DNA of 64,000 nucleotides, taken from positions 21,523,045 to 21,587,044 of the forward strand of contig NC_092680.1 in NCBI RefSeq assembly GCF_964355755.1. Direction: 5' to 3'. Of this stretch, positions 13,306 to 26,568 are shown one piece after another. The notes under the pieces were generated by a model. It was given only the letters and a program-made list of their open reading frames with translations, was not told where the DNA came from and ran no database searches. Position 1 is the first letter of the stretch. Each line of letters starts with the position of its first letter. Both the position numbers and the translations under genes were made by a program. Source of the stretch: Antedon mediterranea (Eukaryota; Animalia; Echinodermata).

Positions 13306-14697
13306 TTATAGGTTATTCCAGAGTTTGACAGAGCAGCACTGGAAGGTTTTTTATCAAAATCAGTGATGGACCAAGAATATGACCAGTAACTTACTGTGAG
13401 GTGATATAAGTAGTTGTCATTCACAAAGTGAAAATGACACAAAAAGTGACATATAGCATTACATAGGATTACCAATACTGCTTACATAATTCATAAATTA
13501 GACAATTAAATTATTATTGATTACTTGCAATTAATTAAAATAACTGATATTTGAGATTTCAAAATGAACCTGCTCATTTAAAAAGATAAATGTTCTGTCT
13601 CCATTCACAAGTGGATGGCGTGTCAGTTACCATAAAAACAAGAAATAAACAATAATTCAAATTGAGCATGTGACCAAGCAATCAAATCAATCGATATCTG
13701 TCGAAGAAAAACAGAAGAGTACGCCAAAGTTCTTCCGCTTTAAACCTACATATGTCATATTTGGCAACCCACGCGAGCACAAACATAAAGAATGCTTTCT
13801 GGCGTGTAGCGGGACACGCTCCGGAATCAAGATTGAAAAAGGACTGATACTTGGTCAATAGGTTTTGGTTTACTTAGCTGTTACAGCAAGTGAACTGTAA
13901 ACAAAAATGAAAACAATTCAGTTATTGTGATTCAATGAGCCTTTAAAAGGGTGGACAGTAAACATGCTAGGTGATGGTGGTTCATGTATAATGCATGCTC
14001 AATGGTTATTCTCATTCATTCAAACATTCAGTTATATTCAAATCTATGTAAATTTATGTAGATCAACAACATTTATATTATATCAAAATTGATTGAAACA
14101 AAGTTTGTTATTGAAACTTTAATAAAGAAAATCTAATAATCTAATTTTATACTATTAAATATAAATAATAATATTAAACCTACTCAAAAACTTGTTAGTG
14201 GATATTTTAAAACAAACAATTATTTCATACAGATCCCACAGTGAGATATGGGAATTTATCATGTTTAAACCATGGAGAAATAAGTTATTTCTCCATGGTT
14301 AAACTAAGTCTAAGGCTTATGGAATGAGTAGAAAGACCCTGGTATTTGGTCAGAGATTGAGATTGGAAGCATGAAACCAATCTATTCAGAATCTCTGATA
14401 TGAAGGAAATAGCCGCAGTCTGAGATATTCTGAACCATGTCAAACAAGTTAATGTTAATATGGGTTGATGCATTCATTTTCTGTTTAGCTTTCAAAACAA
14501 AAATTCTATAAATTCATTCTTTAATTAATTTGTAAAATTGTATATACTGTAATTCAATTATAATAAATTAATAATCTCTACCAGCAACAGAATAAAAAGT
14601 CATAAAAGATATTGATATTTAAAAACAGGATAGCGTGACATTGACAATAAACAATTGTTCATAGCTCAAAGGAAGTGGGCAACCAGTAAGATCTTAC

Positions 14698-14721
14698 CTG
14701 CACCTTTCTGCTACTTATTAA
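14698..14721 (-). CDS. Candidate 24-nt microexon (LISSRKVQ)
   Basis: GTTGTTATTTCAG|TTAATAAGTAGCAGAAAGGTGCAG|GTAAGA; open only in phase 0. Confidence 0.25.
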
Positions 14722-16229
14722 CTGAAATAACAACTTACTACTAGAATAATTGATTAATAATAACACATGCAGCAACTTTTAAGCTACAACATTACTGGTA
14801 GGCTGTAACTGAGACTAGCTAAGTATTTTTTCAGGAGAAATATGAGCAAGATTACTACCATGGAGTAAAGATACTCCATGTTACAACCAAGTATGATATA
14901 AGTTATATAATAATAATAATAATTTATTGGAAACTTTACTTTTACAACAGTGGCACGCTTTGATGATAAAGGTGCGTCCAAATAACTTAAAATAAAATAA
15001 ATGTAAAAAAACATTAACATTTTGTGTGAAAAATACAAAAATAAATAAATAAAATTAAGTTGTGTAATACTGTTACTAAAGAGTTGCAAACTAAATTTTA
15101 TTCTGTTATTTTAAAATTAAAAGGTTATGATTGGTTTAAATATTTACATAATATAACAAAGATGATTTACAATATCCAATATACTTTGATTTACTGATGT
15201 TAACTTTTCTTATTATATTTTATTTATTATATATGTTAACTTGAGGATTTATTTGCGCAGCTTTAAATTTCCTCTTAAAAAATCAAAATGTATTGTGAAA
15301 TCACACTAAATATAGGTTATATAACCAGAAAAGAGTGGCGGATCCAGGATTTTGAAATGAGGGGAGGGGGCTAAAAATGGTGACATGAGATGCTGAACCT
15401 AATCTGCTGTCTTTCTTTTGCATTATAATTCCTACATTTCTATTGGAAGGGGGAGGAGGGGGACGGAGTAGATTTAGAGGACTATTACAAAACAACATTT
15501 AACTTAGTAGGCCTAATTGAATATTTCACAAGTGGTCAACATATTTCTACAGTAAGTGATTTCTCATTATCAATAACAAGCAGTAATAAGTTCTTGATAT
15601 AAATGATAGAAAACCGAAATAATATTTAATAGCTTTTTTAAACTCTACGACACATAAAATGTACAGTGTATAGTTAATAATCCAATTCTTGAGAGTTTTG
15701 GTAAAATCCTATAATTCCAAATTGACATTTTCTTAAATACTAGCAGATGTTAATATTGGATTACCAATTATTCAAATGACCTATATAGTACATGGAAATT
15801 AAAAACTGTTTCACATTAATTAATTATTTAATGTTTTAAATGTTTGCTTGAATTGGTGAGGAATATGGACTTGAAGGCAAGTAAACCGTGTATAGTTCAA
15901 TAATGTTTAGTTACTGCAAATTATTTCCATCTTTTTAATATCAACACGCTTATCATAACAAGTATAATAAGTAGTGATATACTACAAAACAAATAGTTAC
16001 CGTACCACAATATATTAGTAACCATGGCTTTGATAACGCAAAAAATAAGTATGTACACAAGTAAAAGCATCCAAATAATGGCGTAGATAATGCCAGATAT
16101 AATTATTCCAAAATAAATACTGAATTTTATAAAGACCAAGTTTGAATAAAAGAAAATTGATTAAAATCAGAATTATAGCATATTTGGTAACCATTCGATG
16201 TTTGAACGTTGAATGTTTGAATATTGTAG

Positions 16230-16542
16230 TTATGCCATTATTTGGTAGAGGGTAACCATTATGCCATTATTTGGTAGAGGGTAACCATTATGTCATTAAT
16301 TGGTAGAAGTAACCATTATGTCATTATTTGGTAGAGGTAACCATTATGTCATCATTTGGTAGAGGTAACCATTATGTCATTATTTGGTAGAGGTAACCAT
16401 TATGTCATCATTTGGTAGAGGTAACCATTATGTCATTAATTGGTAGAAGTAACCATTATGTCATTATTTGGTAGAGGTAACCATTATGTCATCATTTGGT
16501 AGAGGTAACCATTATGTCATTATTTGGTAGAAGTAACCATTA
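16230..16542. repeat. 28-bp minisatellite, ~11 copies
   Basis: Unit TATGTCATTATTTGGTAGAGGTAACCAT; the first copies are slightly longer variants. Confidence 0.95.
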
Positions 16543-17596
16543 AGTGATGAGGTACTTGAGTTTGATAGAACAGCTGTCATCCTTGCAACATATCAACAAT
16601 GATATCTATACCCATTGAAAACAGTTTTGTTAGGTCATTTCTGAACCATCAAATCTTATCAAACTATCAAATACTATATATTCTAAAAATAAAATATACT
16701 TTCTAACTGTAAAACTTTTACAATTGAGTGACATCTGCTTGTACTAATTCTTCAAATTCCGAAAATAAACTGATGTAGAATGTCTGTAAAACTAAAGGCA
16801 GATGCTTTCAATTTCAATCAACAAACAAGGTTTTAAAAGTGATAATATTCCATTTATTGTTTGTTATTGTTACATAGTGTTTTTTTTATCTTTCGCTTAA
16901 AATACTTGGAAATCTAACATTAAATATTGATATTGAACTTCCACAACCCCAACAGATGTTTTGTTTATTGTTAAACTTTTTCATTTTTAAATCTAAAAAA
17001 ATCAAGCTTCAAATATCAACTTGATCATTGTCAAATGTTATTGATTTTACAGACAAACGCAAATCTATCTTATAACACACAATAATAATCATGTTTTAGC
17101 TGAAAATTTAACGCCTTTTATTTTACAATTCAAAAAACAAAATGAAAAAAATCTAAACGCTGATTTGATCATTGTCATTCACATATTGATTTGTAACAGT
17201 TGTGTCTGATATCAAAATGCAAATCTATTATTTAAATGCACACAAACAGTATAGTTAATTGTACATATGTTTTGTTTTTGTTTTAAATATGACAAAAACC
17301 AGTCAATGATTCAAAACAGATTTACAATTCAATATTTAGTATTGAATATTTACAGACAGATAGAATAATTTTGTCAAAAAAGACAATTACGTATCAACAG
17401 ATGTTCATTTACAATTATATTAATTAAATTCATTAAGTACAATTGATTATCAACAAATTATTCTAATAAAAAGTACAAGTAATGAATCCATGTCAAAATA
17501 GACATTTATTTTATTGCATAAATTATAATTAACAAACACAGTTTTCATAAATTATATCAAAATTAATTAGAATAATTGTTTGTGTTTTCCGCCGGC

Positions 17597-17934
17597 ACCC
17601 CTATTTTTTTATTCAATATTTTACCCAGAGGCTCCTCACAAGGCACACCTCTATTAAGGGGACACCCCTATTTTTTTATTCAATATTTTACTCAGAGGCT
17701 CCTCACAAGGCACACCCCTATTAAGGGGACACCCCTATTTTTGTATTCAATATTTTACCCAGAGGCTCCTCACAAGGCACACCCCTATTAAGGGGACACC
17801 CCTATTTTTGTATTCAATATTTTACCCAGAGGCTCCTCACAAGGCACACCTCTATTAAGGGGACACCCCTATTTTTTTATTCAATATTTTACCCAGAGGC
17901 TCCTCACAAGGCACACCTCTATTAAGGGGACACT
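17597..17934. repeat. 67-bp minisatellite x5, probably derived from a Tc1/pogo-like MITE subterminal region
   Basis: GCTCCTCAC recurs at 17631, 17698 and 17765 (period 67). The unit contains CCTCTATTAAGGGGACAC, and the array is followed by an inverted relic TGTTCCCTTAAT..TCTACTG. Confidence 0.9.
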
Positions 17935-20093
17935 TTGTGCCAGAGATGTTCCCTTAATTCTACTGTTCATTTAACCTAGCATAATCTTCCAATATATCTT
18001 ATTATCTTAACATTTAATAAAAATAATATTGGTTTGTATACAATTGACCCCCCCCCCCCCCCCTGGGTGTCCATAGGCTTTTGTATTATTATTGTATTGT
18101 TTTATTATGTAATTAAACAGCTTTGTATCTGTAATGCTGTATATGTACATTTGAATACGAAATAAAGAATAAATAAATGAAATGAAATGAAATGTCAGTA
18201 TTGTTTTGTTCTAATGTATATGAAAGTTCCATCAATATATATGTATGTACTTAAATACAAGCTACACGATACTTATGGCTTATTCCAGTATTATATAATA
18301 GTTTTGTTTGCAAAAACAAAAAATCATCAGCCTCCTCACATGTATTGATTTTATACAACTACTACAGATTAACCATAAATAATCAATAGCTTAGTCTCAT
18401 AAAATCATTATTAAAAATGATAAATAATTTTAAACACTTAACCGTTCAATAGATTATAGATTTTTTAACTGTCAAAATATTCTTGTTTGAATAGATCCAC
18501 AGGTGTTTGTGATCGGTTTCTACGTGCCGTGTAATTCATTAATCAACTAAATTGATTAAATTCAGCATCATCTTGTTGAATTATTGATATCAAAAAACAA
18601 TACATTGAAAAGATGATTATAGGAATTGTGAGATTTAAACGCCACAATCATTCAATAAAAACATGGGTTGTTATAATCATGTGTCAAAATAAACCATATT
18701 TCAATAAATGCTAAAAATGTTTTCAATTCGACGTGACGTACACAGCACGAGATTACACGTTCTTATGGCCTGTATATTGATGAAATATAATCTGTAATTA
18801 AAATGTGTTAACGAGATATTATTGTCATATTGATTGAAAGATAATCAGTATTGTATTTATATTGACTAAATAATGATTAAATACCTAATGACATCATCTT
18901 TACAAGAAAATTACAAAAGGTTTGTGTATTAAAATAAAAAGTTACATAATTTAAATTTATTTCAATATTTAAATATATTTGTCAATATGATTGTAATGAA
19001 AAGTTTGACCATTTTTAAAAGTGTTGACTGTTGATTTAAAAATTTAATTTAATTTGTTTCAAATTTTATTTTATTTATTTTATTATAAGCAATGAAACTA
19101 AACCCACAGCCATGTGAAATGGAATATGTTTGATCATCAAAGTTGCAATATTTCATATAATCTAAAATTGGAAAATGTAAAACAATCAAAATTCAGCAAA
19201 ATAATTGAAATCACTGACATGCCAGAAACATTCAATGGAGAATACACATTTTCAAAGTAAAAAAATATTGTATTTTTTAATAAATTATACTTAGTTATTT
19301 TATTAAGCATGTAATTATACAGACTACTAAACTATGTCAACTATACTAAACATACACCCATGTGGAATGAAATATATTTCATTATATCATGTAACATGAC
19401 ATGAAACTAAAATGTGTCATCTCATTTTATTGCAAGATTATTGTTATTGATTGTTGTCCGCATTTAAATAAAATATTGTACGCCAGAAGATCTTTTTTTT
19501 TATCAGCCTAATTGAAGTAAACCTGCCAGTCAATCGTGTGACATCATTTGAAACGATGACTCAATCGCAAAATGATGAGTAATAAGCCGAGAGTCTAGTC
19601 CATTGATTCTCGCGTCAAAACAACGTGTGTGATAGTGAACGCATGACTAAGCACAGTATTCGTTACTGAGACCTATCGATTGTGCCGTTTATTGCTTTGC
19701 TAATATATAGCTTATAATTCATTATCAACCGGACACCTCGCACTAAAGCACTCTGTCGCGTTAACAAGTAGCAGTTGTTCGTAGATCAATGCGTCATGCT
19801 CATTATTAGGTTTGCTCAATTATATGCGTGTACGGCTATTGATTCATCATTCAAGGATCAAACGAGGCAATTTACTGTAAATTGTTTATCTGTGAGAAAT
19901 GTTGTTTACGAGAGGTTGTAAACAAAACCAATCTATTCATTCTTTATCAAAACATTCTGCAATTCATTACATTTTAACTTCTGATATTTAATAGTTTTAT
20001 ATTTAAAGGCAAATTATTTCTGACAAATGATATTGCATTGTCCAGCGGAAATTTTCCTTTCAAAAGTTTGATTAGCAATAATAAATAATCTAA

Positions 20094-20224
20094 AGCTCTG
20101 TCTACACTATAAAACTGTTTGACAACAAATATGTGCCTAAATATGGTAGTGATATGACATCATCTTGTCCATATATTGGCACATCACATTTTGTTGTCAC
20201 ATAAAGTTTGATGTAGACAGAGCT
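20094..20224. mobile_element. MITE family A, copy 4
   Basis: TAA-AGCTCTGTCTACA...TGTAGACAGAGCT-TAA: perfect 13-bp TIR and matching TAA target duplication. Confidence 0.85.
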
Positions 20225-21181
20225 TAAGTCCAAGTAAGAAACATAGTATTGTACTGAATTGTTTGCTTGTGTTTTTTGCTATTTTTTTTTTTTTGATACA
20301 CTGATAAAAATTGTACTTGCCTTCAAACAGAAAAATCTTATGCGAGATTTAAAAAAATAAATTAAATATAAGTAAAAATATAAAAACACTAATCTTCTTG
20401 AAATTTCATTGGGTAATTTCATTTATTTTTACTGAGATGTAATGTTTATATTTTTTTTAAAGTAAAAATACTGGTATTTGTATAATAATAATATTGAATG
20501 TGATTCAATAATGTTATTCCATTGTATTAAAATCAACCACTCAGCATCACAATAGCCTGCTATAAAATACATTATTCAGGGAATATTTAATGAGGTATTG
20601 AAGACAAACTCATTATAATTTCATAAAACTACTTGCAATTGCAACCACCAAGAATTGAACCATATAAGGTCATAAAATGATAAATATGTTTTGTTTTGAA
20701 GAAAAAAAATGTAAATTTGTATTTGATTACCTTATGTTACTTAGTGTGGAATTATAATATGAGTAAGCTAGCACCTTGTGTTATTGAATGGAAAGAAACT
20801 GGTATTGTAAGGATATATAGGTACAGTAATATACTGGATGATAATAACAATTATATTTAATTAATTATTACTTTACTAATTAATTATTCAAGACCCATAT
20901 GGTCATAAACACTTTAATTTTAAGAGAATCTGAAAAATATTTCCTGTTAAAAAATTGAATTTCTTAAACTAAAGAAATATGTTTTCCAGTTATCTATGTA
21001 GCAGCAGAAGTAAATTGCCAAGTGAAAGGTTGAAGGTTAAAGGTTACAAACCTTTGGTCGCTTGTTCAGAAAACCTAGCAAATTGTTTGATTTCAGGTTA
21101 TTACAATTTGAAACAATAATTATTTATAATAAGTTTACTATGAAATAAAATGTTCATGGTTGAATGAACAAACAAATAAAA

Positions 21182-21258
21182 TATTATTTTATTTATTATT
21201 TATTCTTTATACTGAGTAGCCTCTTCAGTCTAAGACTGTTCTCCCAGAGGGCCCAGTG
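21182..21258 (-). mobile_element. LINE (L2/Crack-like) 3' tail relic
   Basis: Minus strand GGGCCCTCTGGGAGAACAGTCTTAGACTGAAGAGGCTACTCAGTATAAAG followed by an (AAT)/(AAAT) tail; CAGTC-TTA-GACTG stem-loop. Confidence 0.4.
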
Positions 21259-21879
21259 TATATGCAATAATATTGGCTGTGTGTGTACATTGGGGTAACC
21301 CTACTTAACCACTCTGCCACTCACTCGTTTGTGACAGTGGTTGTGTGGGAACTAGTACATTGGGGTAACCTTCTACTTAAACGCTAGGCCACTCACTCGC
21401 AATACTACTATTTGATAGATAGAGTACTGGATGAACAGACAGACAAATAATGGATAGATGGACTAAATAAACTAAAAGAACAATGAGTAAATGTAGAAAA
21501 TGTGTGATAGCCTCACTACTAGTGTTACTATATACTTCCCATTCTGCAAAAAATTTAAAAAAATACCACAAAAAAAATGGATAGACCAACAACAAATGGA
21601 AAGAATAGGCACATCATGTGATACTCTTACATAGTACTGTGAATTAATTCTGCAAAAAACTCAAAATGAAACTAATTAAAAAAGGTAATTTATCAAATCA
21701 AAACTATAATATTGGTTTCATTTCCTTTTATAGCATAGTTTCTTTACTTTCTATAAACAGAAAAGTTTAAACTTTATAACCAATGTGTAACTGACATGTG
21801 TTACACTATTAAATAATGTTAACATCCCTTTCTGTAATAAAAGCTTTAAACAATATGAATATATCATTATTAATAAATT

Positions 21880-22470
21880 TATATATTTTGAGTTCTACAC
21901 AAAGAAAATAAAGTTTAGGAGTTCCTGAAGGACACAAATAACTAACATTAAAACAAACATCTTATGTAATACTCAAGATTTCATAATGCATTTATATAGC
22001 ATGATAATAATAAATAACTTCTTTTAAGATTTTAAGAGAAAATAAATCAATCATTATATTAATGAATGCACTGATGAAGCACTAGTATTGTCTAAAAGCT
22101 CTGCTAACTTTTCAGGCTGTTTTACTTTATTGTTTTGATTTAGCTTTTTGCTTATTTTGCATCTCCATTGAGATCTAGCCAATGATATCCACAGCCTTGT
22201 CATTTTTCAGTAATTTGCCTTTGGAATACATAAGTGTTACTGCTAGTTAGTGTAATAGTAGTAGGGGCACACCTAGTTATTATTCTCTCTCTAGTCTATA
22301 TCTCTAGCCACAACTGACCACACCCTCAACTGACCACACCTTGCCATATGTCCGCAACCCATGACTTCAATTGGGATTATTCTAACATCAGAAGAAGTCC
22401 ATCAAGCATCTATAAACTAAAGAATATTAGCACAAACATTGATCCTCACACAAATACTACAGATCAAACC
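21880..22470 (+). mobile_element. Penelope-like element relic (GIY-YIG C-terminal remnants plus pseudo-LTR)
   Basis: Frameshifted peptides VLHKENK / FL / IYSMIINK* (about 21890-22020) and CHMSATHDFNWDYSNI (about 22342-22390) resemble Penelope endonuclease C-termini. A hammerhead-like motif lies just after the first. Confidence 0.45.
22068..22104 (+). ncRNA. Degenerate minimal type I hammerhead ribozyme motif
   Basis: GCA-CTGATGA-AG(C)AC-TAGTATT-GTCT-AAAA-GCTC-TGC: stem I GCA/TGC, CUGAUGA core, stem II, AAAA in place of GAAA, palindromic AGCT stem III and a UC site. Confidence 0.45.
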
Positions 22471-22994
22471 AAACTACATAAAGGAATACATTTGTTTCAA
22501 CTTTGTGTTATTTAGTGTATTTCAAAATTTCTAGATCTGACCCACATATCAAATCATCTCACATATTTATATACATCTTGCGCTATTATTCTTCTTTTGT
22601 TCAAAATAAAATTGTTATATAAATGAAAAACATACCATAAAGAAAGTGTTGAAATAGCTCGATCCATGACCTCTTAAAACAATAAAATTTGATTAACAAT
22701 ATATTCAAATATATAGCATTAATAAAAAAAAAACTAGAGTTGAATTATTACTGGCATGTTTACCACAAATAGTTAGGTGATAAAAGAAGTCCATATTGGC
22801 TCTAGGTTCATTATTTTATTTATGAATAACAGAGGTTACATCACAAAGGATCCAGGATTTTGTAAACCAGAGAACGCTAACATCATAATTGTAATTAGTA
22901 TGTCCAAAATAGATATTAAAAAGTAGTTCATAATTTTAGCTATCAAAAAGGGTGGATAGGTGTAGGCGCTTGGATTATGTCATGTTGAGAATAT

Positions 22995-23570
22995 GATGAT
23001 TAGGTGATAACAACCAAATAAGCATTGATGATGATGATAAAGATGATTATGATGATGACGATGACGATGATGAACGTGGAATTGATGAAGATATGATTTC
23101 ATCATCATAAAAAAAAATTCAATTGAATTATGGTTAAATGTAATTGAAATACTGTTTAGAATAATCTAATGGACTTATATTGGTGATAAGGTGACAACAA
23201 AAAAATAAGCATCATGATGATGATAATGATGATGATGACGATGATAAGAATAAACTACCAGTATATTGGTGATAAGGTGATAACAAAAAAGTAAGCATAA
23301 AGATGATGATGAACATGGAATTGATGAAGATATGATTTCATCATCATAAAAAATTCTAATAATCTAATAATCTAATTTTTTAAAGAAAAAAAAAACCTAT
23401 ATATGATGATAATAATGATGATGATGACGATGATAAAGATGATTATGATGATGAACATGGAATTGATGAAGATTCTAAAAAAAAAATTCTAATAAAAATA
23501 TGGTTAAATGTAATTGAAATATTGTTTAGAATAATCTAATTTTTTAAAGAAAAAGCTACCAGTATATTTA
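22995..23570. repeat. Patchwork duplication of GAT-rich blocks
   Basis: GATGAAC(G/A)TGGAATTGATGAAGAT x3, GGTGAYAACAA..AAGCAT x3 and TATGGTTAAATGTAATTGAAATA.TGTTTAGAATAATCTAAT x2. Confidence 0.85.
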
Positions 23571-24558
23571 AAAAGTAAATTTTACAGCAGCAATAAAAAT
23601 ACAAAAGTAACGTAAAAAATTATAATTAAAATATACCAAAACAAAATAAATTTATACTGTAAAATATACCTTCATATAAAACAATGAATTATAATAATGC
23701 TAACAAATTGTACTCGCAAAATATAGAGTCAGTAGATACGGTACAACAATACACAGTAACCGTATTATAATAGCAAGCATACTCAACGACAAAGCAAAAA
23801 CTATCACTGATTACAAATTTCAACTAACAAACAAGAATGAATTCCATAATATTACCTTGTAAATAATAATAAATAAGCCATCCTTGATTACTACAGAATG
23901 TATTTAGATTAACAAAACAAGAAACAAGAATACTGAGCAATAAAAACAAAGCGATATTTCCAAATATTGATAGCAAGACCGGCAGTGAGTCGTATCGTTG
24001 TGCCACGTCTTCTCAACAAGCAATATGTGCATAAATTAAACGGAACGGAAACAGCATATTAATTGTTCAGCCTGTTGCCAACAGTCTTAAAAAATGAAAC
24101 AAAAACTTATTTGCATATTCATCAGGTTTAATACAAATTAACATAACTAATAATCAACATTGAATTTAATTTAATTGTTTTAATTTTTAGCTTTAATAAT
24201 TTATATCTGATTATTCACTACCTTATAAAATATATTTATTATTACAATTTAATTAATTTTTAGTTTAAACAATTACCACAATAAAGAGGTCCAATTGTGG
24301 GATCAAAATATTAGGAGTGACTTGTGTAGAAGAGGGATATTTATATTATTTTAGTTTGATGTGCATTTTTTTATTTTTACAAATTTCCATTAAAATCAAT
24401 CTGTAACTTTGAAATTCAAAAATAAAATGTTTAGTTTTGACATTGACTATTTAAGCTTATAATGAGTTATATGTGTACCTGGGTCATCGGTGGCCAAGTA
24501 TAACATCATATATAACATTACCCACAAGTTTTCAAAGAATGTATAAGGAATACACAGC

Positions 24559-26568
24559 CAGTGGCATAATGGCTATAGAGCACTCACTGGCTAAACCCAT
24601 GGCCCCGGACTCAAAGTTAACCTAGTGCAGGGGTCTGTGCTCAATGTTGGAAAGCCTCTTAGATTGCCAAAGCCAGGGGCTCCGGAGTAAAAGGGACTCC
24701 AGAGCAGGGGTCTGTCTCCATATGTTGGAGAGCCTCTTAGATTGCCAAATCCAGGGGCTCCGGAGTAAAAGGGACTCCAGGGCAGGGGTCTGTCCCCAGT
24801 GTTGGAGGGCCTCTTAGATTGCCAAAGTCAGGGGCTCCGGAGTAAAAGGGACTCCAGAGCAGGGGTCTGTCCCCAGTGTTGGAAAGCCTCTTAGATTGCC
24901 AAAGCCAGGGGCTCCGGAGTAAAAGGGACTCCAGAGCAGGGGTCTGTCCCCAGTGTTGGAAAGCCTCTTAGATTGCCAAAGCCAGGGGCTCCGGAGTAAA
25001 AGGGACTCCAGAGCAGGGGTCTGTCCCCAGTGTTGGAAAGCCTCTTAGATTGCCAAAGCCAGGGGCTCCGGAGTAAAAGGGACTCCAGAGCAGGGGTCTG
25101 TCCCCAGTGTTGGAGAGCCTCTTAGATTGCCAAAGCCAGAGGCTCCGGAGTAAAAGGGACTCCAGAGCAGGGGTCTGTACCCAGTATTGGAGAGCCTCTT
25201 AGATTGCCAAAGCCAGAGCCTCCAGAGTAAAAGGGACTCCAGAGCAGGGGTCTGTCTCCATATGTTGGAGAGCCTCTTAGATTGCCAAATCCAGGGGCTC
25301 CGGAGTAAAAGGGACTTCGGAGTAAAAGGTACTCCAGAGCAGGGGTCTGTCCCCAGTGTTGGAGGGCCTCTTATGTTGCCAAAGCCAGGGGCTCCGGAGT
25401 AAAAAGGACTCCAGAGCAGGGGTCTGTCCCCAGTCTTGGAGGGCCTCTTAGATTGCCAAAGTCAGGGGCTCCGGAGTCAAAGGGACTCCAGAGCAGGGGT
25501 CTGTCCCCAGTGTTGGAGAGCCTCTTAGATTGCCAAAGCCAGAGGCTCCGGAGTAAAAGGGACTCCAAAGCAGGGGTCTGTCTCCATATGTTGGAGAGCC
25601 TCTTAGGTTGCCAAAGCCAGGGGCTCCGGAGTAAAAGGGACTCCAGAGCAGGGGTCTGTCCCCAGTGTTGGAGGGCCTCTTAGATTGCCGAAGTCAGGGG
25701 CTCCGGAGTCAAAGGGACTCCAGAGCAGGGGTCTGTCGCCAGTGTTGGAGGGCCTCTTAGATTGCCAAAGCCAGAGGCTCCGGAATCAAAGGGACTCCAG
25801 AGCAGGGGTCTGTCTCCAATGTTGGAGAGCCTCTTAGATTGCCAAAGCCAGAGGCTCCGGAGTAAAAGGGACTCCAGAGCAGGGGTCTGTACCCAGTGTT
25901 GGAGAGCCTCTTAGATTGCCAAAGCCAGAGCCTCCAGAGTAAAAGGGACTCCAGAGCAGGGGTCTGTCCCCAGTGTTGGAGGGCCTCTTAGATTGCCAAA
26001 GCCAGGGGCTCCGGAGTAAAAAGGACTACAGAGCAGGGGTCTGTCCCCAGTCTTGGAGGGCCTCTTAGATTGCCAAAGTCAGGGGCTCCGGAGTCAAAGG
26101 GACTCCAGAGCAGGGGTCTGTCCCCAGTGTTGGAGAGCCTCTTAGATTGCCAAAGCCAGAGGCTCCGGAGTAAAAGGGACTCCAAAGCAGGGGTCTGTCT
26201 CCATATGTTGGAGAGCCTCTTAGGTTGCCAAAGCCAGGGGCTCCGGAGTAAAAGGGACTCCAGAGCAGGGGTCTGTCCCCAGTGTTGGAGGGCCTCTTAG
26301 ATTGCCAAAGTCAGGGGCTCCGGAGTCAAAGGGACTCCAGAGCAGGGGTCTGTCTCCAATGTTGGAGAGCCTCTTAGATTGCCAAAGCCAGGGGCTCCGG
26401 AGTAAAAGGGACTCCAGAGCAGGGGTCTGTCGCCAGTGTTGGAGGGCCTCTTAGATTGCCAAAGCCAGAGGCTCCGGAATCAAAGGGACTCCAGAGCAGG
26501 GGTCTGTCTCCAATGTTGGAGAGCCTCTTAGGTTGCCAAACTCAGGGACGCCCTGTATTACGCCACTA
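24559..26568. mobile_element. Putative non-autonomous hAT-like element enclosing the 77-bp satellite
   Basis: Left end CAGTGGCATAAT; right end ATTACGCCACTA (reverse complement TAGTGGCGTAAT, 10/12). The 8-bp flanks TACACAGC and AACGACAG are only loosely similar. Confidence 0.5.
24627..26540. repeat. GC-rich 77-bp minisatellite, ~25 copies
   Basis: Unit GCAGGGGTCTGTCCCCAGTGTTGGAGAGCCTCTTAGATTGCCAAAGCCAGGGGCTCCGGAGTAAAAGGGACTCCAGA; period 77 (24859 to 24936). Confidence 0.98.

Noticed and set aside
15336-15372. AGTGGCGGATCCAGGATTTT hAT-like terminus
   Set aside because: Only one end was found, with no partner TIR or target duplication.
24627-26540. CRISPR-like appearance and repeated ORFs in the 77-bp array
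   Set aside because: No unique spacers and no cas genes, in a eukaryotic context. The unit length is not a multiple of 3 and the frames contain stops.
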